From assembly GCF_002571385.2 (NCBI RefSeq), contig NW_019217852.1, forward strand, positions 340,134-404,133: a DNA stretch of 64,000 nucleotides, in the 5' to 3' direction. This document shows, piece by piece, positions 49,829 to 62,503 of this stretch (within the stretch, counting starts at the first letter, position 1; the number at the start of each line of letters is the position of its first letter). The notes under the pieces are model-generated. The model searched no databases and was not told where the DNA came from. It was given only the letters and a program-made list of their open reading frames with translations. The DNA is from Stylophora pistillata. Taxonomy: Eukaryota. A program made the translations under genes and the position numbers.

Positions 49829-51987
49829 ATGGGTGACATTAGAACAGAGGCGTTTCCGACTAAAAAGCTGGACTCGCGACAAGATTCAGAACTGGATCGT
49901 CCGGTTATTGAGTCTCGATTGGATTCCAGAATGGACTACTACGCCAGCAAGTTGGCTCTACGCGCGAGCCTGCGCTACACTGGAGAGGATGACCAGTGGC
50001 AGACCAGTCGCAGTTCTCTTCGTGAAAGAAATGAATACATGTTCAACCGCGAGTTGTTTAGTGATGTGCGTTTCCTGGTTGGCAGGACAGAGAAAACATC
50101 CATTCCTGCCCATCGGTATATACTGGCCATTAGTAGTCCAGTGTTTTCTTCTCTTTTTTACGCGTTTGGGGCACTTCAGACTGAAGTAACTTCGCGAGAG
50201 CAGGTAAACAAAAATATAAATAAACACATAGACAAATTAACAAAACAACTCAAACTATTAAAGTTTTAATTTGTTTATATTTTGTGGTCTTGTTGATTGT
50301 CGGATGTGATGCCAAATTGTGGAAGCAATGTCAATCTATGAACGAGGATCGGTTTAAATTTTAGAGAGGACAAGCTCACTTTTATGCAGGGTGGGGAACC
50401 ATGTCGACTTCGTAAAAGCACTCGCCAGTCACTAGCCAAGATTCAAGGTGTCACGTGCCTAAACTAAAACCAACTCAACAATGTTTATTTCCCAATAGCG
50501 AGTACAAAACTACTGCCGGTACCAGTGTGGGGAGTAGGCCAACCTAAAAAAAAAAAAGAATTGTAATCGCTTCATATTCATGGTCAGGATTCCTCAGGAA
50601 ATGGCTTCCCTCATACTATCAGTTAATTGGCAGTCAATTTTCTTTAGTTCCTCCTTTGTACTCTGTTGGCGACGACTGACCCCCCTTCCCCACTCCAATC
50701 CCCCTGAAAACCTTGTGATCCCCCAACATCCTCCGCTCTCCCCTCCCACGCGATCAATAATGACTGATCCTTTGTCAACTTCTAGTTGATAGCCAACTGT
50801 GTTTCCACTAGTACTGACCTAGCGCCTGAAATTTGTCGTTTTAGGTAGAAATATCAGAGTGTGAACCGGAATCGTTTCTGGAGATGCTCAGGTATATGTA
50901 CTACGACGAAGTGCAGCTGACCATAGATAACGCACCAGAAGTCTTGTTCTTAGCCCGGAAGTACCTTATTCCAAGCTTGGCGGAGATCTGCACTGAATTC
51001 ATCGCAAGTAACTTAACTGTAGCGAATGCTCTTCCCGTATTGGACCATTGTTGTCTGCTTGGAGTCAGCAAAGGCCTGGAGAAGCAATGTTGGACTATCA
51101 TCGACCAACATGCTTCGGAAGTAGCTCAGGACCACCAATTCGTAAATATCGACCACGGCACACTTACAGCTCTCTTGAAACGCGACACCTTAGTTGCCAA
51201 GGAAACAGTACTTTTCCAAGCAGCTGTGAAGTGGGCGGGGCGAGAATGCCAGCGCTTGTCACTTCCGGTGACAGTTGAGAATAAACGCGAGGTTCTGGGG
51301 GATGCGTTCTATTCCATTCGTTTCCCATTAATGAACATGAAAGAATTCACTGAGAATGTGGCTCAGTCATCTTATCTGAGCCACGAAGAAGTTGCAAATA
51401 TGTACGTCGGTTTCAACTCCAATTTCCAGTCATGTAAAGTGAGATTTCCAACAGAGCCTCGTGGTGGTTTTACCCGCGCTGAGCATCGTCAAGAGCCAGT
51501 CTTTCGCTGCACGCGTTTCGAATCAACAGCGGTGCGCCCAAAGTGGACGGCAGTCACGCCGCAGCAATCCACCGTGAAATTCAAGGTTAACCAGCCGATC
51601 AGCTTAACAGGCGTAGCCCTGTATACGCCTGTCATGCAATCAGCCTCGTCGCGTTTTAAAATTGAGCTGCGTGACTGCAACGATTCTATGCTAACGTCAC
51701 ATCAAGCAGATCTTGATAACCGGGACGATGATAGTGACACGCAAGACGTCATATTTTCAGAAGGGATAAAATTACAAAATGATGTGATCTATTCAATCAC
51801 TGTTACGTCAGAAGAAGTCTTGGAGCGCTTTGGAGAGGGGCAGAGGAGTGATATCCGCTGTGAAGGCGTCGATTTTGAGTTCTTTGAGGAATCAGGGGAT
51901 GAAGAAGTGACAGGACAAATACCAGAACTTTTGTTTCAGCCTTTCAAAGAGGCACCATTATCAAAGGCTTTTGCTGAAGACTATTAG
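49829..51987 (+). CDS. BTB-BACK-PHR protein (BTBD3/BTBD6-like Cullin-3 adaptor), about 505 aa
   Basis: Exon 49829-50203, intron 50204-50844, exon 50845-51987. BTB (FSDVRFLVG, IPAHRYILAISSPVF, FLEMLRYMY, LARKY), BACK (LFQAAVKWA, IRFPLM), PHR end GQIPELLF. The ATG directly follows an AG acceptor, so further 5' exons may exist. Confidence 0.92.
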
Positions 51988-52416
51988 AAATTTGCTGACC
52001 TAATGCCGGACTACTAAACTGGAATTTATGTTGTCAAGTAGGGTATTTACTTTAAAACTCTTTAACAGGGTTTGCTTCGACTTGGTGAAAACTTAAAATA
52101 AGCAACGAGCCAAAGAATTTGTAAAGAATACAACACGTTTGCTGGGCGATCAATTGCGGGTTAGAGAACGGCGTAATCTCTTTGGGAATTGAACTCAGGG
52201 GAACGCAGTTTGGAAGTTTCAGGCCCAAAGCCGGAGTCGAGTCGATTGAGACTTTTAGTCATGCCAACCAAAGAAAATAACGTTTAAAAGACCAGACTTA
52301 TAGACTGTATTTAGGTAATAAAGTTGAGATTAAGTTACTGATCATTTCCTACAACATCAGGTCGCATTAACAGTGAAATTTCACTATTGCACTCTATTCT
52401 AAATTTTACACTAGTA

Positions 52417-55400
52417 TCAACTTGGGCTGGGATCTTGCACTTGTGACAATACTTTTCTCATTCGTTCAAACATCTTTGGTATCAGTTCCAAGTGTGTTGT
52501 ACAACACTGATCCACACACACATCCAGTTCAGCCTGATACTTTTTCAAATCAGACTGCGTTGTAGTTGGGTCAACATTGTCTTGGATTTTGTCTTGGCAC
52601 TGTTGAGCACATCGCCCCAGGCGATCCTAGGTAAAGAAAACAATTAACAGTTAACCGCAACCCTCGAGAGTCACATATTATACTTCCTGATACTCTCAGA
52701 GCAGAGCCACGTAAAAGCATCCTTTTTTCATGGTAGCATTTTTGAGCGGGTGTAAGGTAATAACATGATTTTGAGTGAAATTTGGCATTAATGAGCACAG
52801 GTAATTTTCTCAAAGACGACAAAATTGCAGTTTGTAGTCTTTGAAAAAATGTAAAAGTGCTTAAACCAAATTGGACTAAAAATCATGTTACAAATTTGTA
52901 AATAATATACATGAAAAAAGGATCACACAAAGTAACGACAGTTCAAATTTTGACAGCATGCACACAATTTGTAATTTGCACTTGTGTTACAACTTTAAAC
53001 TTGGGTTTCATGAAAAATGCATTCCTTTTCAGCCAATCAGATTTATGTACTTGTTTCATCATATCATTAACATAATATACCATAAAAACCTGTAGATAAG
53101 CCGCACCCTGAATTTAGCAGGTCAAATTTTGGAAAAAAAGTTTTTTGAAAGAAATCAAAAGAAATCCAAAGTCAAGTCTTGAGAAGTCTTCTTCATCATT
53201 GTACATCATTGACATTGCAATGGAAAATACTTCAGTCTTACCCACAATTTTAGCACTTTAATATAATGAACATTGTTTCTACCAATTTTGACATATAATT
53301 GATCTTTTTCTGGCATTTTTAGGAATTTCTTCATACAACACAGTTTTTCCATAGACTTTTGCATTACAACAAGAATGTTAGCAGAACATTTGAAGCTTAG
53401 TAACCAGGCATTAGATTGGATGTGAAAATAGAAAACTGGACACCTTTCTGACGATGAATTTTGGAAAAAAGGTGTGGTTTATCTGCGTGTTTTTACAGTA
53501 TATCTATAGTTATGTAAGACAGGTTTTCAATGTAATAAATGTCAGACATGTAACAGACCAGTAGAAATTCAGTTTTTGTCAGTGGTTTTTGATTTCCACA
53601 AGCCAGTTTAGCTAGTAAACAAACTGAAATTGTTGTAACATCTAAGTTGTCACAGGTCACTTGGCTAGTAAGTTGAAAAGTTAGTGTCAAGCCCTGGACC
53701 CTAAATTAATTTCCTTGCTTCAACTCCAAACCAAAGGAATCGCCTCCTAACCCAACTTAAAGTCTATTCACCTGAAATCCAGTAAGTTCTTTACCAAGGT
53801 ATTCTTGAATTTGCTGGATGGGTACAAAACACCTGTTCATACATTGCTGTACTTCCTCCTTACTTGATGTTAAATTCTCACAACATTTAGCTGCACACGA
53901 GTGAGACTTGGCCTGTTTAGAAAGACAACAAAGAGAAAGTGAATTATACAGATTTCTTTGACACTTTGACCTCTAGGAGCCATTAACATCCAATTTCCCC
54001 TTGCAATATCAGCCCTGAATCACATGTCAAGGTCTCAAGGTTAAAAGAAATGATCAACAATTTGAGTTACTCTTGATTTTTATACAAATTATGCTTTTCA
54101 GCACCTTAGGAAATGCATATAAAACAGTATGGATATTATCTACACTGATGCTAGAGTGTAAAGACTTAATTGCGATTCACTGGAAAGTATCATTTTGCTC
54201 CTTGCTACTATCTGCATGTCAAAATATGACTTAATTCATTTAAATGTAAACAGAATCCTTTATCAGAAAAAGCGCCCCCCCAACATTTACCACGCTCACC
54301 AGAAAAGCATCATATGTACACAGCTTGCTTTGTGCTCTTTTTAATTTGCTGCTTTTTATCATCCCAGTATAGCCAATTCATTATTGTTCTCGTTGTTTAA
54401 AAAAGTTCCATGAGCAAATTTTCTGTAATTGAGCTTTATTCCAATTAATCCCACAAAATAAAACAAAACAAAAAATGGTGGCCAAACTTTCTGTATGCTA
54501 CAGTTCACTATTACAGAGGTAACTAAAATTTGTATTCTTGGATATAAACTGAAGTACTCTTTGATACCAAATTAAATTTTTGCCTTCATTTTGCATAATA
54601 CTATATTTCTTTAGTTTTCGTTTTAATTCCTGCTTGGATTCTAGGTATCATTTCTTTATTAACCCATTCATTCACTATTCCAGGTGTTCTTCTGTTTTTG
54701 TCTGTACTTTTTGACTGGTTTCTCATGCATTTCCCTGGATTCACTGAGAATCAGCAAAATGATCACAAAGTAGATGATAAATCTATTTTTCCCTCTGCTA
54801 AACCTAATTTACGAGTATGTCAAAACAAACAGCAACCATATCACTCGGCTGCCTAAAGCACAATCTTCCATCTCAGTGCAACTGTAATAATTTCAGAAAG
54901 TTTCAAAATTTGTGAATGCAACAGATTATCCAAATCAGGTCCCTTGGAAACCGCACCTGTAGTAGCCCATTTGCAAGAAGAGCTAGGGCATTCCAAAAGA
55001 TATTTTAGAATTCACAATAAACCCTTGAGACAGGTCGCTTCATTTTGGAAAATTCTAATATTAGCCATCCCGTCAACACAGAATAAGGAACATCATGTTA
55101 AAGCAGATTTTATAGGGGGTGTGACTGGCCGAACAAAATTTTCGTGGATTTGTTTTGGCAAAACAGCGTGCATTCTAGAACATTTGAACCATTACTACAT
55201 TTTTTCGGCTAATGTCAGTATAAATAAACATTGTAACAGAGAAATCGTTTAAAGAAATGCCAGGATCGGGGTTTAATCAGGCGGAATGGTGGGAAAGCCG
55301 ATATTTATTTTACGTACCTCTCAGAGTCGACACAGATCATGGCAAAATAACTCATATTTCAACAGAAAATTTCGTTAAAACACACTTAATTGCTACATAT

Positions 55401-55531
55401 ATATCTATATAGATATATATATCAGTTTATTTTTTACTGACCTGAAGCCCTCTCAGCTTTTCTTTTTCTAGCTTTTCTATCGATCTCTCCACTTCTTCTT
55501 TCACACGTGTTTGAGAAGCACTGGCAGCCAT
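52417..55531 (-). CDS. FAM136A: FAM136A-like mitochondrial intermembrane-space protein (146 aa, three exons)
   Basis: Exons 55531-55442, 53912-53772, 52626-52417, all phase 0. MAASASQTRVKEEVERSIEKLEKEKLRGLQ / AKSHSCAAKCCE...VQQCMNRC...ELTGFQ / DRLGRCAQQCQDK...CVDQCCTTHLELIPKM; the repeated Cx3C pattern matches recalled FAM136A. Not visible in the ORF track. Confidence 0.9.
53078..53500. mobile_element. TA-flanked MITE in a FAM136A intron
   Basis: taccataaaaacctgtagataagccgcacc and ggtgtggtttatctgcgtgtttttacagta form imperfect TIRs. Confidence 0.65.
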
Positions 55532-55658
55532 ATTGGAAAATATAGTGGAGAGAAGACTGGATCCAAGACAGCCGAGCGTCCTCTCCTCTGATCGAATCTG
55601 GTGTAAAGCTTTGGAGGCTTAGATATCCTTGTACGATGGTCGTGGTCCACAAAGGAAA

Positions 55659-56354
55659 TACCGTGATTATTCGAATACACGCCTCCCTCGAATAAACGCC
55701 GCCTTCGAATAAACGTCGCAGGGACAAGCAAAAATATCATTAAACGCCGCCCTCGAATAAACGCCGCAATCTTTCTCGACATTGCGGCGTTTATTATAAC
55801 CAATGTAAGTAATTCAAGTACCTATCTTTAAAAACAAAAGACAACATTCAATCTAAACCAGTCGTGGAAATTTATTTTTCTCGGTTGTAATGTTATACAG
55901 TTCAAAGTGGCTATACTGCACAGCTTTGCTGCTAGCTGCTTAGCTCTCTCTAAAACTTCTGCGATACGCAATTCCATGGTAACAGTCGAGAATCTTGCCG
56001 GTACAACTAGTTCGATTTCTCTCTTTCTTTTGCCAGTGACTTTCGCAAATAAGTTGTTCTCAGTGTTTGCGCGTAGGAAGTTGTTTAATAAGCGAGACAG
56101 CTCAATTGCGTTTTTATCGTGTACTCCGCTTCTGTGCGAGTATCTTGCTCACATTCGAGTATTTCATCAACTACGGGCGTCCACACAGACTTGTAAACAT
56201 GGTGACGTTTAAATGACACAATAAGTTCACAGTTTTTGTTACAAGGTTTTCAATAAACGCCTCCCTCGAATAAACGCCGCCCTCAAATAAACGCCGCATC
56301 TTCAGTGCCAAAAATTTAATAAATGCCGCGGCGTTTATTCGAATAGTTGCGATA
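55659..56354. mobile_element. MITE with repeated CGAATAAACGCC subterminal motifs, ~130 bp upstream of FAM136A
   Basis: Termini taccgtgattattcgaatacacgcc and gcggcgtttattcgaatagttgcgata; multiple tcgaataaacgcc copies at both ends. Confidence 0.7.
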
Positions 56355-56670
56355 ACCTCGCGGCAAAAAGGTAAAGACTCAGAGCAAAAGAAAAAACCTC
56401 ACGGCAAAAGAAATAATCTCACGGCAAAAAGAAAAAGACTCACGGAAAAAGAAATAACCTTACGACAGAAAAAAATAACCTTAAGGCAGAAAAAATAACC
56501 TCACGGCAAAAAGAAATAACTCTACGGCAAAAGAAATAACTCGTCCCAGCCCCCACCCTCTCTTTTATGCCGTTTATTTCTTTTGCCGTGCGGTAGTGTT
56601 TCTTTTGCCGTGAGGTTTTTTATTTTTCCGCGAGATTATTTCTTTTGCCGCGAGGTTATTTCTTTTGCCA
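56355..56670. repeat. Foldback-like minisatellite (AACCTCACGGCAAAAGAAAT units in inverted arrays)
   Basis: About nine degenerate ~20-bp units on + (56355-56542) then four to five on - (56567-56670) around a short spacer. Confidence 0.8.
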
Positions 56671-57947
56671 TGACAGTTGTGGGCCACCGTATCCTTGGTT
56701 CATCTGTTAAACAGCTGTGAAGGCTCCTGAAATGTTTGACAAATAAGGGGGGCGTTCTGTTGCCTTTTAGTGACATCCTTCTCGTAAACGCACGTGCAGC
56801 TGTTTGTGCGAGAAAAAAAAAGCTATGACTTAGCAGTGAAGTTAACTTTTCTCGGAAATAGCATAGTACGGTTGCACTGTTGAATCCGCTCATTCAGTTC
56901 GCATTCTTCAACTTTTCATCCCCAATACTGATATTTAGTTAATCAAAAGTATTTTTTGCGAACTTTAGTTAGCGTTAAATTGTAACTTTCTAGTCCCATC
57001 TAGTCCCGTTGGTTCCCGCACACTGTTTCCGACGTTCTGATAGCTAACAATTTTTCAGAAGAGGTATAGAGGTTTAATTCTTTTTGAAGGCTATTCAGCG
57101 TGATACTGCAACCTCGTTCTCAGGGCTTTTCCCGCCCTGCTCTTGCCTGTCGCAGTGTTTTGCCCCCCCCCCCATACGAGGAAAAAAATCCCTGGGAACG
57201 GGGTTGATGAAGCTGCAATGATAATGATGACGAATTTTATCTCAGGAAGATAAAAAGAATAAAACACTTTACAATAAACAGCCTGTCATAACTGTGGCCT
57301 TCTTGTCTTTCCCGCCGCCGGTGAGTCGCAGGTGGTGAAGAGTTTTCTCTGATGATCGCGTTTTGATGTTGCGGAATTCGCCGTTCCCAAACAAGGTTTC
57401 GATTTTACTTGCTCTGCGTTGTGGGAAGGCCGTGAGTACCCCATGCAGGAAGCTATAGATCGTAATCACGAACCGACTCTCGCTCCTGAATTTTCTAGAT
57501 GTAAATCGGTGCCTTGTGTGCAGAGCGTGTAATTACGGAATTCTTTGTAATTTTATTGATCAACTGGAAGATGAAAGTGTTGGGTAGAACTTTGGCGATT
57601 AACGATAAAATGTAGGAGCTAATGCTTCACTATGTTTAACCAACGTAGAAACCTGGATATTTTGGTAGCAATGACACATGTATAAAACGATAAAATGTGC
57701 AATGTGAAAGGGTGAACTGAAGGTTCTTTTTTTATTTTTACTGCTATGTCTTCTAAGGGATCGGAGGGAAAAAAGGAAACGGAACAGAGCCTACTTTATC
57801 AATAAGAAGCAAACTGGTTAATATCTGCAATTATTTTTATTGGCACTTTAATGACATCGACAGAGTTAAAATTTGGGTGTTAACTGGTTTGTCCAAATTA
57901 AGACATACATGTAAAATGCCACCGACTTAAGAATGCCTAGCGTGTCT

Positions 57948-59414
57948 TCAGCTACACTTACAATGCGTTGCTGGACAATTTCCCTTGGCACAATTTGAAG
58001 CACACCAAGCATTCATTCCTGCATTGCCAGTCCACGGACCAGCAGCGACACACTTTCCACCTGCACCCCCTCCCCCTGGAGTTGTGGTGGGACCCACTGG
58101 AGGTGGAGCTTCGGTAGTGACAGGAGGAGGCGGAGGCGCTTGTGTAGTATCTGGGTTAGGGGGTGGGGCTTGCGTTGTTAGAGGAGGAGGATTGGTAACT
58201 GGAGGTGGTTGTACCCCAGAGGTAAGGTATTCCTTGACGGCGTTCATCAGTGGGTACTTGCCTTGTCCGCAGTGCTCTCCAGAAAAGTCATCCAAGTCAA
58301 TCGCCCAGAACATAACACCTCGTAGTGCGTTCTTCATTACCACGTTATCAATCTTGTATATCAGGCTTGCCGGGTTGTCGTAACCCACCCAGTCCTTATC
58401 CTTGTAACCGTACGGCGCCATGGCCTTGTTTTCTTCTACCACCGTCAGTCCCATTTTGCAGATCTCGTAATAAGCCAAGAACCCCTCTGCGCCTGTGTAC
58501 TGTCCTTTAGGAGTGTATTGGTAATCACGAGCAGCATCAAGACCATTCGTTCCCGGGCTTGCTAACCCAAACGCACGTCCGTATGTGGCCAGACCGAGGA
58601 CAATCTTGTTAGCTGGCATCCCTTTCCTGATTCCTGGCTTTTCCCATGTGTCTCTGTTGTTCATCCAGTACCACACAGCGAAGGGGAGGGTCAACTTGTC
58701 ACCTTCTGGCCCCATAGCAGCGTGGTGCCCTGTCTTGTATTCCCATGTACCGTGAAGATCATACGTCATCAAATTGATCCAGTCAAGGGGCTCAGCAATA
58801 GCAGCAATGTCGTATGCACCTTTGATGGTCCAAAGTCCTGCAGCCACCGCTGCAGTTAACAGCAAGCGCTCTTTCCCAGTCGCTTTAGCTTCTGCCTCGA
58901 ATGCAGCTCTTAGCTCTTTACAAAGAAGAGTAAATCGTCCCTTATCACTTTTGGGAGATCCACCGCGCATGCCAGGGTACTCCCAGTCTAGGTCCAGACC
59001 ATCGAATCCAAACCATCTCAGAGTGTCAATGGACGACTTGATAAAGATCGCTCGCTTCTCCTTCGTCGCCACCATCATAGAAAATGGGCTGTCTTTCTCT
59101 TCATGAGTCCATCCACCAACAGCGATTTGAGTCTTCAGCTTTGGGTTGGCTTTCTTGAGTGCATTGATTCTTTCGTACAGATCGTGATCGTTCTCTTCGT
59201 AGATCTCCAATGTGTGAGTTGTTTTGCTGACCTGTGCAAAGGAGAAGAGTACATGAGTACATAGGAATGGATCGATGTCTTCAGGCCAGAACGTTCCTCC
59301 TTTGGGTCGATACTGGGACCAATTGGTGTAGTAACATCCACGGATGTATTCTGAAACCGCAGGCTGGAAAACAAGTACACAGCCAAGGAGCAGAGAGATC
59401 AACACCAATTTCAT
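57948..59414 (-). CDS. Secreted GH18 chitinase, intronless, 488 aa, with Pro/Thr linker and Cys-rich C-terminal module
   Basis: Signal peptide; [15 protein letters not shown], catalytic [11 protein letters not shown] (DxDxE intact), [24 protein letters not shown]; TATATAAA on - at 59486-59479. Confidence 0.96.
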   Translation of the reverse strand: MKLVLISLLLGCVLVFQPAVSEYIRGCYYTNWSQYRPKGGTFWPEDIDPFLCTHVLFSFAQVSKTTHTLEIYEENDHDLYERINALKKANPKLKTQIAVGGWTHEEKDSPFSMMVATKEKRAIFIKSSIDTLRWFGFDGLDLDWEYPGMRGGSPKSDKGRFTLLCKELRAAFEAEAKATGKERLLLTAAVAAGLWTIKGAYDIAAIAEPLDWINLMTYDLHGTWEYKTGHHAAMGPEGDKLTLPFAVWYWMNNRDTWEKPGIRKGMPANKIVLGLATYGRAFGLASPGTNGLDAARDYQYTPKGQYTGAEGFLAYYEICKMGLTVVEENKAMAPYGYKDKDWVGYDNPASLIYKIDNVVMKNALRGVMFWAIDLDDFSGEHCGQGKYPLMNAVKEYLTSGVQPPPVTNPPPLTTQAPPPNPDTTQAPPPPPVTTEAPPPVGPTTTPGGGGAGGKCVAAGPWTGNAGMNAWCASNCAKGNCPATHCKCS

Positions 59415-62120
59415 CGTTAATACTCAGTGATGTTCTGGCAGGAAACTATCTTGCGAGGTATTTGAATACTAATGGTGTTTTTATATAGGCTAAGCCCCAA
59501 GAAAGGTTGGATTGTATGCAACACCTGTTGTTTGTATTTTTGCAAGGTGCACGTTTCCGTTGACAGCTATCCATCGGAAGTAGCATCAGTTGTTCAAGCA
59601 TGTCCTTCACTTGCGCGCATGCAAAAATAGTTGTTCAGCGGTCAGCGTCATTTTCGCCAAACACTGTACTATGTTTCAGTTTATGCGTCTCGCCCCCACT
59701 ATAAGTGCCAAAAATTGCGCATTATTTCTAGACACACAAAGGGATTTTTGAACTGCATTTAATGACAATGTCTAAATAAAGTTTATCCCAGGAGCATGGA
59801 CGCGCGGGATGTCTCGAGACGTGTAAAAGAGCCAGACATCGCGAGTTTTGCTTAAATACAACGCAAATGAATTTCAACTGACCTGAGAACCGGGTTTTCT
59901 TTCAGAAATATTCCGCATCACTGTGATCTACAGTAAATATTGTAAACTTATTCACTCCAGGGATTTAAAGCACCCAGCATTTGACTATCTTATCATATTT
60001 ACACTCCATTATCTGTCAATGAATGGGCAATAAAATTTTATTGTATTGTAGTGTATCTGCAAACTTTTAGTTGGTTCTCAGCTGTTACCTGTTTACCAAA
60101 CACAGCATGCCAAGATGTTGGTTATTTGCACAAGTATTGAATTTTCTTTCTGCGATAGGTGAAGTGAGAGTAAACTAACACTGCTTCTGAAAAATGGTGT
60201 TGTTGACCTGTCTGCAGGTGTTGGCCGCTGATCCTGTGAAAAGTTTTCAGATTTTTTTTTACCATCTCTATGACTGAGCGTTTTTTCTTCTTCATAGTCG
60301 TAGCTTTGTCGTCAGGGAATAAAATGAATAATATAAAAATGTTTTATTACAAGCTTAAACCAGGTCGTTGCACAAAATAGAACCGAAGTTCCATCCAAGT
60401 ACCGTTTCAAATGTACCCGCACTTATAATTTTACGGATTTAATTTTTTTTCTCTTTATTGTAGTAAATTATTTTTGGAAGGCGTTTGTGAAAAGAAAAAG
60501 TATTAGTCAGCAGAATATTTCAAGAGGAATCAGAAATTTAACGCAGGGGTAAATTCATAACTTTGAGTTAGAGTTCTTTTGAGATTGTTATAGGTTAATT
60601 TTATTGAGATTCTCTGAGAAAATGATCAGACCTCAAATTTAAATGGTAAGGGATTGCTGGCGATAATAAACTGATTTGACCATCTAATTAAGCTTGGCAC
60701 ACATGTATTCACTGTTTGCCGATAAGAAGCGGTGAGCTACAGTTTCGTCATCCACACAGCTGATGGATTTGGTGTCGAAAGTAAAACAATAATGAAATTT
60801 CTCTGAATTTTTTGTCGAGATGAGAAGAAAAGGAAAATGAGAAAAAGGAGAGAATGGCATTGGAAAGCAAGCAAAGAAAAGCTTTAAGTTTGATTAGTTT
60901 TATCATGGCAGTGCTACCAAACAGATTTTAGTTTTCTTCAAAATTCGGTGTTAACCGTCTAACAGCACACCAACGACTTTTTGTTAAAATGAAACGCCCC
61001 TTAATTAAAAAAAAAGGCGTTGAACTCTTTGCTGTACTCTCCTGCAAATGTGTAACAATTTTTTTCAACGCCGAAACTGGTCCATATTTGCATTAAGTAC
61101 GTTTGCTATGCATAGGTAAGTGATTTCAGCTGGGTGGACTGCCTGTATCAAAGAAAGTCTCGATTTGTCGTTACATGGAAAAATACAGTTTTCTTTGAAA
61201 AGATCATTTAAAAAGACGCTCTGAGATGGAAACAACCGGACTTTGAATAAGTAAACAGATTTTTCCTCGACTTGTGTGAAAAGAACGTCACACTCAAGGC
61301 AGTATTAGTGTACGAACCTGCATCCCGTGGACGAAAACGAAGAACAAAGGATTTGAAAAGCACTGAGTTTTAACGAGATCCGAAAATTCATCACTATGCA
61401 ACTCAGGGAGGTAAAACCAGATAAACTGTGAGTTTTTTCACAACCTAAGATAACTGACTGAGGTTCTCTCATTCAGAGGTAAGCCAGCTGAAAACACCCT
61501 ATGCGACTAACTAAACCAACAAAGGAAACATGTATCTCTTCCATTTCCACCGTTCAAATTGAAAGCAAGAATAATTATTCCCCGAACTACTTACTTAGTG
61601 CAGTCTAATTTCCTTGTGGTGATTTAACTGTGGAGTAAATTTTTGGTCTCATCAAAGAAAGACTCAGCGAGCCCCTCATCTTATCTTTGTATTACTGCCA
61701 CGGGCGACTAATTCTAACAAGCACGATTTTAACACGGCGACACGACACGAAACAACACGGTTAAAACTGCAAATAAAACAGCAAACGAAAACTTATTATA
61801 ATATAAACTGCAGTAAATACCCAAGGAAAGCTACAAAGAAAACGACGATGAAAACTACATAATACAAACTTAAATATGTTGCGATGTAGTGAATCCTGCC
61901 TCGTGGCGAACAAGCTACACGAAGCGAAAAGAACGAATATATAAACTACACTTGACAAAATTGCACTCGAAAAACTGCACAAACTACGATGAACAATACG
62001 GTTTAATTACATGCTACGTTACGTAATGACACAAAGAAAGCGCACGCAAAACTTTACTACAGTTAGCACTACTGAACAAGAAACAATAGACAAAAAATAA
62101 TGCGTAGAGATCTACACATT

Positions 62121-62503
62121 ATATGAGAACGATCCTTCGCAGTAAAGCACTATTTGAGCAATAGTGAAAATCAGACCTGAAAAAAATTTCAGGCCTGTAC
62201 GGGATTCGAACCACTGACCTCTGCGATACTAGTGCAGCGCTCTACCAATTGAGCTAACAAGCCAACTGGGAGCAGGCCATCGAATTAATTTGATGGCCTG
62301 CTCCCAGTTGGCTTGTTAGCTCAATTGGTAGAGCGCTGCACTAGTATCGCAGAGGTCAGTGGTTCGAATCCCGTACAGGCCTGAAATTTTTTTCAGGTCT
62401 GATTTTCACTATTGCTCAAATAGTGCTTTACTGCGAAGGATCGTTCTCATATACGTCTCATAACCGCAGTTCACACATATGTTTCATATGTTTGTTGTTG
62501 TTT
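62121..62503. mobile_element. tRNA-derived retroelement forming a 334-bp palindrome, with 12-bp target-site duplication
   Basis: Arms 62120-62286 and 62287-62453 are reverse complements except one G/T pair; TSD GATCTACACATT at 62109-62120 and 62504-62515; (TTG)n tail; tRNA-like cloverleaf 62310-62381. Confidence 0.88.

Noticed and set aside
55434-56212. ORFs of ~100 aa at 55434, 55501 and 55907
   Set aside because: They lie in or start within a MITE, or overlap FAM136A exon 1 in the wrong frame.
56355-56670. CRISPR-like arrays (also 36349-37023 and 15804-15862)
   Set aside because: Degenerate tandem units without unique spacers, no cas genes, eukaryotic context.
57985-59488. Plus-strand and alternate-frame ORFs overlapping the chitinase
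   Set aside because: Shadow ORFs from GC-rich coding sequence, with no independent motifs.
59500-62100. Possible unannotated exons upstream of the chitinase
   Set aside because: No convincing ORF or phase-consistent exon chain found by eye.
62310-62381. Functional tRNA-Thr(AGT) genes (also the mirror copy and 46960-47031)
   Set aside because: T-stem and anticodon-stem mismatches, and the sequence is embedded in a TSD-flanked repeat family.
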